Shown here: positions 48,892 to 62,614 of the stretch, in pieces
Layout: each line of letters opens with the position of its first letter
How positions within the stretch are numbered: position 1 is the first letter of the stretch
NCBI RefSeq assembly: GCF_001194135.2
Contig: NC_069003.1
Location: forward strand, 30,482,568 to 30,546,567
Direction of reading: 5' to 3'
DNA from: Octopus bimaculoides
Taxonomy: Eukaryota
Length of the DNA: 64,000 bases
Position numbers and translations under genes: made by a program
The notes under the pieces: generated by a model
Seen by the model: only the letters and a program-made list of their open reading frames with translations
What the model was told of the DNA's origin: nothing
Databases searched by the model: none

Positions 48892-49508
48892 ATTATTAAA
48901 TATCATTATATAATAGACATCTCTTGTTATTGGTATCACTGAGTATTCCCAGTATTTTCTGCATGTTTTATTTGTGAAGTATATGACTCCATTGCCATAT
49001 TCCCCCTCCCTCATCATCACCATCACCATCATCATCATCTGTGTTTCCTAGATTGGCAACGCTTACCAAATGGAGAATTTACTTCTCCATGTCTTTCGTT
49101 TTCCCCTCATAAAACAAAAGCCCAGAACTACTCCAATGTCGGCTCATTAGTTTATATGTCTGCTCTGTGTGTGTGTGTGTATGAAAGGGAGATTGTGTAT
49201 GTATGTGTACATTTGTGAGGGAGAGATCATTGTCTGTCAGTGTGTATCTGTTTGTATGAAAGGGAGATAGTGTGTGCGTTTGTGAAGGAGAGTCCATTGT
49301 CTGCCTGTGTGTGTGTGTGTCAGAAAGGAAGAGGCCTTGTAAGAGAGAGTTTGTATGTATCACTGTGTGTGTGTGTGTGTGTGTGTGTATGCACATGAAC
49401 AGGAGAAGGAGTGTGTCTCACTGTACATATGTGTGTGTGTTTATGAGGAAAAATGTATGTCCATCCGCGTGCGTGTGTGTGTGTGTGTGTGCATCAGAGC
49501 CTGTGTGT

Positions 49509-49553
<45 letters not shown>

Positions 49554-50496
49554 GGTGAGATATACATATATGCATATAACATAGACCAGTTCAAGAAGAA
49601 GAAGAGAAAGAAGTGTGCATGTTTGTAGCAGGGTGGAAGGAAGGAAGGACAGGACAGGAGAACGAACGAACGAACATATGTGTTTGTGCAACAGAAAGAT
49701 AGATAGATAGATAGATAAAGAGAGATAGAAAGGGAGAGCGAGAGAGAGAGAGAGAATGCAGTAGTGAGTGGCAGTAGAATATGGTGTGTTCCCATATTTT
49801 CATTTAATGAGCTTTGTGGCATTTTCCTTGGAGATTTCCGACCAGCCTGTGTCATTATCAATCACATTATCTCTCCCATTTGGATTCTTGCTTCTCTTAT
49901 ATTGTTATAATAATAATAATGATAATAATAATAATAATTATTATTATTATTATTATTATTATTATTGTTGTTGTTGTTGTTGCTATTGACATTGTTATTT
50001 ACATTTGTTAACATTTTCTTTTGTTTTTGGTTTGTTTGTTTTTTTTTGTTTTTTTCTCTCTTTTGGTGCTTTTGCTTATAATGTATAACTCATCATCTTC
50101 ACCATCATCATCACCATCATCATCATCGTCATCATCATCAGCATTGCGATCACCAAGGACATTTACTAGTTTGGCTGAATCGATAAGTCACAGAACAGAA
50201 AATGCTTTGAGCATAATTTAACTTATGGGCTCTTTTGTATATTCAGAGTTCAAATCCCACTTTTGCTTTTACATCCTTCCAAGAATCATTGAAATAAAGC
50301 ACTAGTCAAAGTAATGTGTGTGTGCGTGTAGGAGTTGATGCCCATGTCCTCAACTAATGCAAACCCCCACACTCGCCATCTTTAAATTAATTGGCTTTTT
50401 GTTACTATTTTAGAAATTTCTATTTAATCATCATTATTAGTAGTATTAATATCATTGTTGTTATTATTATTATTATTATTATCATTATTATTATTA

Positions 50497-51370
50497 AAGT
50501 GGTGAGCTGGCACAATTGTTAGCATGCTGCACAAAATGCTCAGCAGTATTTTATCTGTCTTTACATTCTGTGTTCAAATTCTGCCAAGGTAGACTTTGCC
50601 TTTCATCCTTTCAGGGTCAGTAAGCAATGGGGCGGTTGATGTAATCGTCTATATCTTGCTCCCCACCCCACCCCCGCAATTTCAGACTTTGTACCTATAG
50701 CAGAAAGGATGAGTTGTATTAATATCATTATTATCGTTATTAACGACTTTAAGGTGATGAGCTCACAGAATCGTTAGCACACAGGACAAAATGCTTACTG
50801 ACATTTTGCCCATTTTTATGTTCCATGTTCCATTTCTGTCGAGGTGGACTTGCACGTAAAAAGCACCCACTACACTCTTGGAGTGGTTGGCGTTAGAAAG
50901 GGCATCCAGCTGTAGAAACTCTGCCAAATCAGATTGGAGTTTGGTGTAGCCATCCTGTTCGCCAGTCCCCAGTCAAATCGTCCAACCCATGCTAGATGGA
51001 AAGCGGACGTTAAATGATGATGATGATAATTCTCTCAGGATTGATAAAATAAGTACCAGCTGACCATTAGGGATTGATGTAATTAACCTACCCACTGCCT
51101 TCATAATTTCAGGCCTTTTGTCCCTTTCATCCTTTCTAAGGTCGATAAAATAAGTACCAGCTGACCATTAGGGGTTGATGTAATCAATTAACGCACCTCC
51201 ACCAAAATTCTAGGTCTTATGCCTGTAGTACAAAGAATTATTACCTTTCATCCTTTCGGGTGGAGGGGGTCAATAAAATAAACTCCAGTTGATTACTGGG
51301 GAGGAGTGTCATGTAATCAACTAACCCCTTCCACCAAAAATTCTAGGCCTTGTTCCTTTATAGTAGAAAG
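50497..51370 (+). mobile_element. Tandem array of SINE family B copies; the second copy is interrupted by an RTE 3' fragment
   Basis: Heads at about 50497 and 50750; 3' halves repeated at about 51030, 51120 and 51240. Confidence 0.8.
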
Positions 51371-52254
51371 CTGGTGAACAATAGTGATGATGGTGATCAT
51401 TCTTCCATTCCCCCCCCACCTTCATTCCTCACCCCCATTACACTATACACACCACTCCTCCCCCCCTCCCCACCACCACTGTAAAGTGTTTTTTTATGGT
51501 CGGTCCTTGATGGTTCATTGACTCTGGAGACAAACACTTAATAAAACACAAAACAATTTTTTTTTTTCCAATATGAAATATATAAAAAAAATGGGGGGAG
51601 CAAACTAGGGGGTTGTTGGTGGTTAAGGCTTATACAGAGGGGCTGTAATGGTAGTGTGTGCAGTGGTGGTGTTATGGTGGTATTTGACTGGTGGGGGTGG
51701 ATGGGGGTAATGGAGTTTGTGGCGTGACTTCTGTACCATGGAACACAGCCTGGTGTCTTGTGTTGTCTCCCCTCTGAAAAGAAAGACAGAGAGAAGATAG
51801 GTGNNNNNNNNNNNNNNNNNNNNNNNNNNNNNNNNNNNNNNNNNNNNNNNNNNNNNNNNNNNNNNNNNNNNNNNNNNNNNNNNGGGGGGGGGTGGAGTTG
51901 GATGTGATGGTGGTGGTGGTGGTGGTGGTGGTTGAGTAAAGTGATAGTAAGTTTGTTGGTGTAAATGGTTAACTGGGGACGTGATGGGATGTCTTTGGGA
52001 TATACAGTTTCATTCCTGCCTTGCTATTATAGTTGTACCCTCGTAATATACACACACACACACACATACAAACACATGCGTGCACGCGCACACACACACG
52101 TATCTCTGCATGCTTGTCTGTCTGTCCGTCCCTTGCTGTCATTGTTAAGCCTCTCCTCTATTTGGATATCATAATTTGGGATGGAGAGGAAAGTGGGGGA
52201 ATTAATGGGCATTTTGCACATCTTTATACATTCTTATGTGTGGAATGTATGTAA

Positions 52255-52320
<66 letters not shown>

Positions 52321-52611
52321 TAGATAGATAGATAGACATACACAATCACATTGTCACTTCAGTGTGTTTGTCTGTGTGTATGTATATTTGTATATATACA
52401 CATACACACAGACATATCTATATATGTATATTCTATTTTTTTTTTATACTTGTTTCAGTCATTTGACTGCTGCCATGCTGGAGCACCGCCTTTATTCGAA
52501 CAAATAAACCCTAGGACTTAGTCATTCTTTGTAAGCCTGCTATTTATTCTATCGGTCTTTTTTGCCAAACCGCTATGTCATAGGGATGTAAACACACCAA
52601 CATCAGTTGTC

Positions 52612-52706
52612 AACAAAAGTTATTTGACTAAATTCTTAATTAGTTTCAAAATTACTTAAAACAAAAGCAGTGTATTTCAACAGAAATAGGGTAATAAAAG
52701 GGTTAA
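52612..52706 (-). mobile_element. Terminal fragment of a second TTAA/piggyBac-like MITE family
   Basis: Ends ...tttcaacagaaatagggtaataaaagggTTAA. Diverged internal pieces at about 57500-57610 and 59640-59740 are similar to each other. Confidence 0.45.
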
Positions 52707-55339
52707 GTGGAAAAAAGATGACTACTTTTCAATTGCAGTTCTATTTAAAAGAACATGTATAACTCTTTCTTTCTGCATCGGCACCTTGTCATCTTTACTC
52801 ATTGAGATATTTCTAGTATTTTGTACCTGTAGCTGCCCTTAGTCATATTGTAATTGACTAGTTTCTAATATCTAAGATTTACTGAAAAGTCTGTGGTATC
52901 AGAGATTACAAGAAGTTTTGCTCAATTGGTTTTTACAGTGAGAGAAAAAGGTGGGTTAAACCATGTAATGTTATGGCTACTTTACTTGTGTTTATCTGTG
53001 TAAATGTCTTTAGATAAATAGATATATTAGGGTGATACTCAAGCATTCATCTATGGGTGCATTGCACCTTATAGCCGAAACAGCTGTAAGCTAATAAAGT
53101 TCATAACATAATTTATTTCCTTTGTCATACCAATGTCTTATACACACACACATACATAATGTGTGTGTTTTAGCATAATATATTTAGTTAGACTTGTCTA
53201 TGTATAGAATACGTAGTATATCTGTATTTGAGTATATACACAAGTTTTTGTCAGTGTCTATGTATACACACACACACACACACACAACACTCACACAGTG
53301 AAATGCATATACAGATGTGTGTGTGTGTGTGTAGTCTATTTAAGACAAGAAGAGTAAAATGGAAGAGGTGTGTGTGTGTGTGTCAGTGATTCCTCTTATG
53401 AGCAAGACCTGTTTATCCAGTGTTGTTATTCCAGTGTTTGGGTGAAAAGAAAATATTATCCTTTTTTCCCTTTTACTCCTTCTTTACATGTCCTTTCCTA
53501 ACTTCGCATCCCCCCCTTTCTCCCCCCACCCACCTCAACCATTTTTGTCCTCCACTTTTCATTTTCTATCTTCTTTTTCTCTTTCCTGCCTGTATTTTTT
53601 TTTTTTTTTCAATTTTTTTTTTCAATTTTTTTCTTCGTTTTATTGAATTTTTCTCCTTTTTAAATGATACTTTCTGCCTTCTCAATACTTCTTATGCCTG
53701 CCTCTGCTTCAATCACTTGTCTAGTTTCAGTTCTTTCTTCCTCTCTCTCTCTCTCTCCTTTTTATCTTCTCTTCTTTCAACACTTTACCTTATCTGTTCT
53801 CTCCCTATCTCCCTCTTTCCCCTCTCTCACTTTCTCTTTCTCTCTCGCTCTCCCCATCTCTCTTGCTGTCTCTCTCTTTTTCTTCCCTCCCTCTCTCTCT
53901 CCTCTTTCCTTATCTCTCTCTTCCCCCTCTCTCTCACCATCCCTCGCTGATTTTGTTATCTTTCACTCAGTATTTTTTCCTACCATAAAATCTTATTGGT
54001 ATAAATTTCTCTCACTCTTCTGTAAATAACTTCATATATATATGTTAGTTTATGTATATATGTTTCTGTGAGCACACACACACACGGCTCATATCTCCAA
54101 AACACTTTTTCTGTTCTTGCTCCATATTGCGATGCTGCTGCTGTTCTGTTTACCTGACAAGGAAATCCTTGTCATCATCCAAGTTCCACTCGACATGAAA
54201 GATGGAACATGTAGACATCGAAGTCTTTCTAATTTTACCTTCCAGTTGTATATAAATTTACCATATTTTCCAGCATTGCAGGTTGAATTTTTCAGACCAA
54301 AATTTACAGCCAAAAGAAGTTACCATATTTTGTTGTGGTCCCATAGTTACCATATTTTGTTGTGCCAGTGGCACATTAAAAGCACCATCCAAATGTGGCC
54401 AGTGCCAGCACTGCCTTGACTGGCTCCTGTGTCAGTGGCATGTAAAAAGCACCATCCGATCGTGGTCAATGCCAGCCCCCTCTGGCCCCCTGTGCTGGTG
54501 GCACGTAAAAAGCGCCCACTACACTCTCAGAGTGGTTGGCATTAGGAAGGGCATCCAGCTGTAAAAACACTACCAGATCAGATTGGAGCCTGGTGCAGCC
54601 TCCTGGCTTCCTAGACCTCAGTTGAACCGTCCAACCCATGCCAGCATGGAAAACAGACGTTAAACGATGATGATGATTTGTATAAGGAACCCCGTAATTT
54701 TTAAGGCTTAAAATTTGGAAAAAAAGATTTTGTAAGGGATTATAATACTATCCATGTTTAAGAAACTCATATTTCTTTTAACCTAATTTTTGACAAAAAA
54801 GGGTTCCTTATACACAACTTTGTGGGACTTCGGTCAAAACCTTGTGAGTGGATTTGGTAGACAGAAACTGAANNNNNNNNNNNNNNNNNNNNNNNNNNNN
54901 NNNNNNNNNNNNNNNNNNNNNNNNNNNNNNNNNNNNNNNNNNNNNNNNNNNNNNNNNNNNNNNNNNNNNNNNNNNNNNNNNNNNNNNNNNNNNNNNNNNN
55001 NNNNNNNNNNNNNNNNNNNNNNNNNNNNNNNNNNNNNNNNNNNNNNNNNNNNNNNNNNNNNNNNNNNNNNNNNNNNNNNNNNNNNNNNNNNNNNNNNNNN
55101 NNNNNNNNNNNNNNNNNNNNNNNNNNNNNNNNNNNNNNNNNNNNNNNNNNNNNNNNNNNNNNNNNNNNNNNNNNNNNNNNNNNTTTTGTCTATTTTTATT
55201 TTTGCTATTTTTGTCTTCAACATCTCAAACCGTATTGTTACTGTCAAGAATCTCGTATGCAATATGTAAATACAATTTGCGAAAATGGTAGGTGATAATT
55301 GTGTGTGCAGAAGCAACACCTTTTAAATGTCTACATAAA

Positions 55340-55750
55340 CAAATAATGAGCCACCACCATCAAAAACATCACCACTACCCCTACCTCTACAACCACCACC
55401 ACCACCACGGCCATCATCACCACCACGACCATCATCACCACCACGACCATCATCGTCAACACCACCTCAACCATCATCATCATCACCACCACCACAACCG
55501 TCACCACCATTACCACCGCCTCAACCATTATTATCATCATCACCACCACTACCCCTACCTCTACAACCATCACCACCACTACCTCTACCTCTACAACCAC
55601 CACCATCATCATAACCATCACCTCCACTACCCCCACAACCATCACCACCACCATTCACTGCAACTACCACCTTCATCCTCATGGTGAATCCCACTGCTAC
55701 CAACACCATCACCTCTTACGACTGCCACCACCTTCACCACCGCCATTACC
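55340..55750. repeat. (CAC/CAT)-rich low-complexity tract
   Basis: Gives the His-rich ORF 55292-55687. Lacks splice-site support. Confidence 0.8.
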
Positions 55751-55995
55751 CTCAGCCAACACAGGACTGACTACATTCCCTTCCTTCTCCTCCTTCTCCT
55801 CCCGCCCACGCTGCCAGGTAAACAAATAGACACCCCACCACCACCACCACCAGCCGCTGTTGCATGACTACGACTACCATAGCAACCATCACTGAAAACT
55901 CATTGTTTCAAGTAAAATTCTTGCTGGAAGAGCATCACGGTGTTGTCATGACATTTGTGTTTTTGGCACGGAATCGTGCGTGCATGTGGATTCAC

Positions 55996-56065
55996 AACTA
56001 TTTCACATATACACATTCAGAACTATTTCACATATACACATTCAGAACTATTTCACATATACACA
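55996..56065. repeat. 25-bp tandem repeat x2.8
   Basis: aactatttcacatatacacattcag at 55996, 56021 and 56046 (partial). Confidence 0.9.
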
Positions 56066-56230
56066 CTCACATGCACACAAAATACGTACACGCACACCAA
56101 CAACTGCAACAAAAATGGTAAGAATTTTGGAAATACAACAGTTGTAGCAGGAAATAGTTGCTGCATGTGTATACATGTCAGAGAAAGAGGGACGGATGTA
56201 TGTTTATGCCTGTGGGTGTATATATGTGTA

Positions 56231-56276
<46 letters not shown>

Positions 56277-56278
<2 letters not shown>

Positions 56279-56831
56279 CGCAGGCATGGCTGTGTGGTAA
56301 GAAGCTTGCTTCCCAACCACTTATGGTTCTGGGTTCAGTCGCACTGCATGACACCTTGGGCAAGTGTCTTCTGCTACAGCCCCAGGCTCACCAAAGCTTT
56401 GTGAGACAGAAACTGAAAGAAGCCCGTCATGTGTATATNNNNNNNNNNNNNNNNNNNNNNNNNNNNNNNNNNNNNNNNNNNNNNNNNNNNNNNNNNNNNN
56501 NNNNNNNNNNNNNNNNNNNNNNNNNNNNNNNNNNNNNNNNNNNNNNNNNNNNNNNNNNNNNNNNNNNNNNNNNNNNNNNNNNNNNNNNNNNNNNNNNNNN
56601 NNNNNNNNNNNNNNNNNNNNNNNNNNNNNNNNNNNNNNNNNNNNNNNNNNNNNNNNNNNNNNNNNNNNNNNNNNNNNNNNNNNNNNNNNNNNNNNNNNNN
56701 NNNNNNNNNNNNNNNNNNNNNNNNNNNNNNNNNNNNNNNNNNNNNNNNNNNNNNNNNNNNNNNNNNNNNNNNNNNNNNNNNNNNNNNNNNNNNNNNNNNN
56801 NNNNNNNNNNNNNNNNNNNNNATATATATAC

Positions 56832-56863
<32 letters not shown>

Positions 56864-57020
56864 CTCTGTTTATCCCCCTCCATCGCTTGACAACCCATGT
56901 TGGTGCGTTTACGTCCCTGTAACTTAGCAGTTTGGCAAAAAAGAGACCAATAGAATAAGTACTAGGCTTACAAAGAATAAGTTCTGGGATCAGTTTGTTC
57001 GGCTAAAGGCGGTGCTCCAC
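56277..57020 (+). mobile_element. SINE family A spanning an N-gap at its internal microsatellite
   Basis: The 5' half lies before gap 56439-56821 and the 3' half after it. Confidence 0.75.
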
Positions 57021-58917
57021 CTTAATAACCCCTCTTTTTTAGGACTGGGGAACTTGATTGCCTCAACCTCCAGTGCTCCACTGGTACTTATTTTAATGAA
57101 CTCAAAAGGATGTAAAGCAAAGTCTACCTCAGTGGAATTTGATCTCAAAACGTAAAGTCGGATGAAATGCTGCTTATGTCTGCTTCTCAAGAAAGGTTAC
57201 TTGTGCCATTGTAAAGCTATTCTAGCATGACAGTGTAATGTAAAACCATTCAGGCATGGCAAAAACGGCTGTAGAAATAATCAAATTTGCATGCATAATT
57301 AATTTCAGTCAGTTCCGTCTTATTTCAGCCTCCCTAATTCTCTACTATTAATGTCCTCACCGTAACTAAAACTACACAAAGAGCAAATAAAAATATTTTT
57401 TCTCCATGTCTAAGAAACAGGTACACAAAAAGCAAGAAAATTCAATCAATATTTTTCTATCTTGCTTTTTGTATCACGTAACCAGAGAGGTTTTGTGATG
57501 GAAAAACCACTTTTAGAAGTGTTAATATTTATATTGAAACCTTCCAATGTTTCAGTTGAACAAACTTAGTTTATTTTTCTAAATCATTCCAAATTCTTGG
57601 ACATTTTCAATATTGGCTGAAATACACATATGTTTGACTTTTTGCTGAATATTTTATAAAGCAAATGTCATCGAAGATGTTTTTAGATTTCTGTCTGTAT
57701 CACATGCCATATCTATGCTATTTCTTTGTATATGTGTGTGTATACAGGTTAAGGTCAAATAGTGATACGCTAACTCGCTGATCAAACATGTGACATAATT
57801 AGAAAGAGATGAAATGTAGAAATGATTGGATTGTGGAGAACACAAAACAGCCAAAATGTTGGGTAAAATGGAACCTTTTGTTGTAAGGGAATGTTTTCAA
57901 CTAAAAACACCCTTTTTTAAGGCAGTGCTCCAGCATGGCCACAGTCAAGTGACTGAAACAAATAAAAGAATATATATATAATGCTTATACAAACACGCAC
58001 ATACATAGATATTACACTCGCTTATAAAAGATTTTGTATATAACCTTCTGAAGTAGAAATAAAATATTAAATTGTATTTGATCACAGAAATGCTTTCAAA
58101 GGAAGATGTGATTAGGACGGAGGGTGGNNNNNNNNNNNNNNNNNNNNNNNNNNNNNNNNNNNNNNNNNNNNNNNNNNNNNNNNNNNNNNNNNNNNNNNNN
58201 NNNNNNNNNNNNNNNNNNNNNNNNNNNNNNNNNNNNNNNNNNNNNNNNNNNNNNNNNNNNNNNNNNNNNNNNNNNNNNNNNNNNNNNNNNNNNNNNNNNN
58301 NNNNNNNNNNNNNNNNNNNNNNNNNTAAAAGTGGTTGCCCCTGATTAAATTAAAATAAACAGTAAACCCACCAGAAGGCCTAATCTTCTTAGTAAATAGG
58401 GTGGACCATAAAGAAGGTAGAATTGAAATTGGTTGGCAGAGGAGGTGGTGGTGGCAGTAGTTTTGGTGTGTGTGTTGGGGGTGGTCTTGGCAGTGGTGCT
58501 CTTAGATTTGGTGGTGGTAGGGTAAAGGAAAAAAATAAACTAGGGAGTTAAAGACATTTTTTTTTTCTAATTTTTAAAATTTTCTGGGGTTTTTTTTTTT
58601 TCTAAATTCCTTAATCTTTTTAATTCTTTTGACTTTCCGTCTTCCATGCAAACCGAGTCAGCGGAAAGACTCGATTCTCAACAACGTGTAAGGAAATCCC
58701 GGTGACAGACGCACGGACGGACGGATGGATGGACAGGCAGGGGGCAAACAAAGAAACCCGCAATATGGCATGTCAGCTGGAGGTCTTGAAAAGATTCCTC
58801 CAATTTCTTGGGTTAAGTGGGTGGATATGTGGCTGGAGGGATGGATGGTGTCGGAATGCAATTAAGAGGAATTCAACAAGTTTAGTGGCTTAGGGATACA
58901 TCTGCTGCTTTCTTCCA

Positions 58918-58958
<41 letters not shown>

Positions 58959-59930
58959 CTCGCTCCCACCTGTCTCTAATGTCATTTTCAATCTCCTCAC
59001 TGCTTTGCTTGTCGCCCTTTCTCCTGTGGACCACACTTCCTGGAAGTTGGCGCTGATATTCTAGTAGTGGTCGGCCAGGGTGGGGGGCGCAGAGCAGTTA
59101 ACTGAGATTTTTTAGGGAGTGGAGAACAGATTTGCATACATGACTAAATGTGTATGTGTGTGTGTGTGTGTGCGCGCATGCGTCCAGTTACACAAGCACA
59201 TTTATTTGTGCACATACACACACATATATAAGCATGCACATACATAGTAATACTTATAAATGCTTATGCAGACATACATATGCAAGCACATGCACACATA
59301 CCTACATACTAACACTCAAGCAGACATGCACACACACATGTCCATACACACACACACACACACACCCATTCACATACACCTGCGCATATGCACACACACA
59401 CACACACTATTCCCTCCTCATACACTCTCTTTTACTCCCTCTACCTCTCTTCTCTTTCTGCTAAAACTTAGATCTTTTGTTTAAAGTTTTCCCCAAAACC
59501 CCATAACTATTGAAAATTATTCACTTACCCCCCACACACAACTCTTGGTTCTCACATCCTTCCAAGACCACCACTTCTGGTTCTGTTATCAACCCAACTG
59601 ATAACCACTAGTATCTCTCTTTCTATGATACCAACTCTGTTTTAAAAGTGTTCATATTTAAACTAAAATCTTCCAATGTTTCAAATACCTGTTTTCACAA
59701 TGTTTATTTTTCTATAAATCGTTCCAAATTCTTGAATATTCTTGAAGAGTCTCGTGCATTGGCATGTTGATGAGTTCCAACACACGAAATTCTTGGACCT
59801 TGAGTCTCTCTGTTACTTCTGCTGAATATTTATCATCATCATCATCATCATCGTTAAATGTCTGTTTTCCTGCTGGCATGGGCTGGACGGTTTGACTGAG
59901 GTCTGGAAAGCCAGCGGCTGCACCAGGCTC

Positions 59931-59931
<1 letters not shown>

Positions 59932-60017
<86 letters not shown>
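59932..60017. repeat. Long (TA)n microsatellite, representative of dozens
   Basis: Pure TA run. Others include (TA)n 2888-2933 and 26588-26672, (CA)n 14182-14234 and 16464-16526, (AAT)n 63389-63477, and a CT-rich tract at 53420-53950. Confidence 0.95.
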
Positions 60018-60021
<4 letters not shown>

Positions 60022-60296
60022 ACACACATACACATGATGGGCTTCAGTACAGTTTCTGTCTATCAAATTCACTCATAATGCATTGGTTGGCTGTTTGTTA
60101 TAGTAGAGAACGCCTCCCTAAAATGCCACAAAGTGGGACTGACCCCAAACCCATATATCATGCAAGGACACACTCACACACACAGATGGGCTTCTCTCAA
60201 TTTCTGTCTACCAAATCCATTCAAGCCTTTTGTCAGCCATGGGTTATAGTCAGTGTGCCATTCAGTGGGACTGTTTACATATGTGTGTGTGTGCAT

Positions 60297-60327
<31 letters not shown>

Positions 60328-60934
60328 TACAGGGTGGCCCAAACTAGGTTTACAGTTATTCAACTATCTCTTTCGCATTCATATATTGACAGTTAAGATC
60401 TTAATCATAAAAAAATATGAAACCATTATTCTATGCTAATTTAGTTAATTGTAAGATAGAAATTTAAATGTAATAAAATATTTTGAAAGAAATTTAAAGT
60501 GCTTATGCGATAAATATAAGTCTACTCTTGGAGCTCTCTATATTTTAATCTGGCCTTTATTTATTTATTTTTTAATTTTTTCTTCACCGTTTCTAGGTGT
60601 TCTTGGTGCCCTCTCATCATCNNNNNNNNNNNNNNNNNNNNNNNNNNNNNNNNNNNNNNNNNNNNNNNNNNNNNNNNNNNNNNNNNNNNNNNNNNNNNNN
60701 NNNNNNNNNNNNNNNNNNNNNNNNNNNNNNNNNNNNNNNNNNNNNNNNNNNNNNNNNNNNNNNNNNNNNNNNNNNNNNNNNNNNNNNNNNNNNNNNNNNN
60801 NNNNNNNNNNNNNNNNNNNNNNNNNNNNNNNNNNNNNNNNNNNNNNNNNNNNNNNNNNNNNNNNNNNNNNNNNNNNNNNNNNNNNNNNNNNNNNNNNNNN
60901 NNNNNNNNNNNNNNNNNNNNNATATATATATATA

Positions 60935-61307
60935 TAGGAGTGGCTGTGTGATAAGTAGCTTGCTTACCAACCACATGGTTCCAGGTTCAGTCCCACTGCA
61001 TGGCATCTTGGGCAAGTGTCTTCTGCTATAGCCGTGAGTGGATTTGTTAGACAGAAACTGAAAGAAGCCCGTCATATATATATATATATATGTATGTATT
61101 TGTTATTTGTGTCTCTGTTTGTCCCCCATCACCATTGCTTGACAACCAATGTTGGTGTGTTTACATCACTAACTTAGCAGTTCGGCAAAAAGAGACCAAT
61201 AGAATAAGTCACTAGGCTTACAAAGAATAAGTCCTGGGGGCGATTTGTTTGACTAAAGGTGGTGCTCCAGCATGGCCGCAGTCAAATGAATGAAACAAAT
61301 AAAAGAA
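60935..61307 (+). mobile_element. SINE family A, near full length
   Basis: From head taggagtggctgtgtg to tail tgaaacaaataaaagaa. Confidence 0.9.
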
Positions 61308-61680
61308 TATATATATACATATATATATTATATATATAAATTTCTTTCACCCAGTTGCTGCTACTATTGTTATCCTGTGTAAAAGGCCTTAAATTTTAGT
61401 TGTCACCTAAATTGTTGTTGCTCTACTCCCTAAATATTCCAGGAATGTTGCCCTAGTTATGCAAAAAGAAAAAGAAAAGTAAACAAAAATTCAAAACTTT
61501 TAAAATAAACAAAGATAAAGAATAGAAGGGGGGGAAAACCATAATTGTCTTTGAAGTGTTGGGTTGAGGGACGGTGGAGGAAGTCTGCTTAAAGAATAAG
61601 AAAGAATAGACGTGAGAAGGGTGGACAGAGGAAAGACCATAATTAATATTGTTGAAGGCAATTAATTATTTTTTCTTTCT

Positions 61681-62072
61681 CTCTTTTACTCTTTACTCTT
61701 TTACTTGTTTCAGTCATTTGACTGCGGCCATGCTGGAGCACCGCCTTTAGGATTTATTCTTTGGAAGCCTAGTACTTATTCTATCGGTTTCTTTTGCTGA
61801 ACCGCTAAGTTATGGGGACGTAAGCACACCAGCACCGGTTGTCAAGTGATGTTGGGGGGGACAGGCACAGACACACAAACACATATATATATGCATACAT
61901 ACATATATACGATGGGCTTCTTTCAGTTTCCATCTACCAAATCCACTCACAAGGCTTTAGTCAGCCCGAGTCTATAGTAGAAGTCATTTGCCCAAGGTGC
62001 CACGCAGTGGGACTGAACCCGGAACCATGTGGTTGGTAAGCAAGCTACTTACCACACAGCCACTCCTACGCC
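61681..62072 (-). mobile_element. SINE family A, near full length, inverted relative to 60935-61307
   Basis: From tail ctcttttactcttt to head cactcctacgcc. Confidence 0.9.
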
Positions 62073-62614
62073 TTTTTTTTATTTTTGTTGTTCCTGATAC
62101 ATATTTATTTTATGACTTTTACTCATCTTAGTCATTAGACTGCGGCCATCCTTCACTGCCTTGGAGTGTTTCATCAAGCATATCAAACCCAGTACTTTTT
62201 TCTGTGTGTCCGGTACTCACTTATTCTATCAGTTTTCAATCTGCCGAACAACTAAGCTTGATTCCTAGTGGCATGTTGCATCTTTGAGCAAGGTACTTCG
62301 TTTTTCACGTTGCTCCAGTCCACTTGGCTAGCAAAAATTAGTTGTACCTGTAATTCAAAGCCCTGTCACGTTCAGTCTCATGTTGAAACTACATTAAGGG
62401 TACACGCCTGTGGAGCACTCAGCCACTTGCACCTTAATTTCACAAGCTGGCTGCTCTGTTGATCAGATCAACTGGGATACTTGGCACCATAACCAACAGG
62501 GTACCAGTTATTCCTTCTATGATCTTAAGGTTACTGTTAGGCCGTGTAGAAATAGCTTTGCTTGATAAACCCTGCTCTGATTAATCTCTCTGTTTTATTG
62601 TTTTCTTATAACAG

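Larger units (their letters stand above)
38317..62614 (+). other. eya: eya intron, about 24.3 kb (GT-AG)
   Basis: Lies between in-frame exons 38051-38316 and 62615-62704 (G|TT = Val). Additional symmetric exons in N-gaps cannot be excluded. Confidence 0.75.

Noticed and set aside
52890-53040. Scattered Six/So motifs (GGTATCA, TGATAC)
   Set aside because: Six- to seven-mers of this AT content are expected many times in 59 kb, and no clustering beyond chance is evident.
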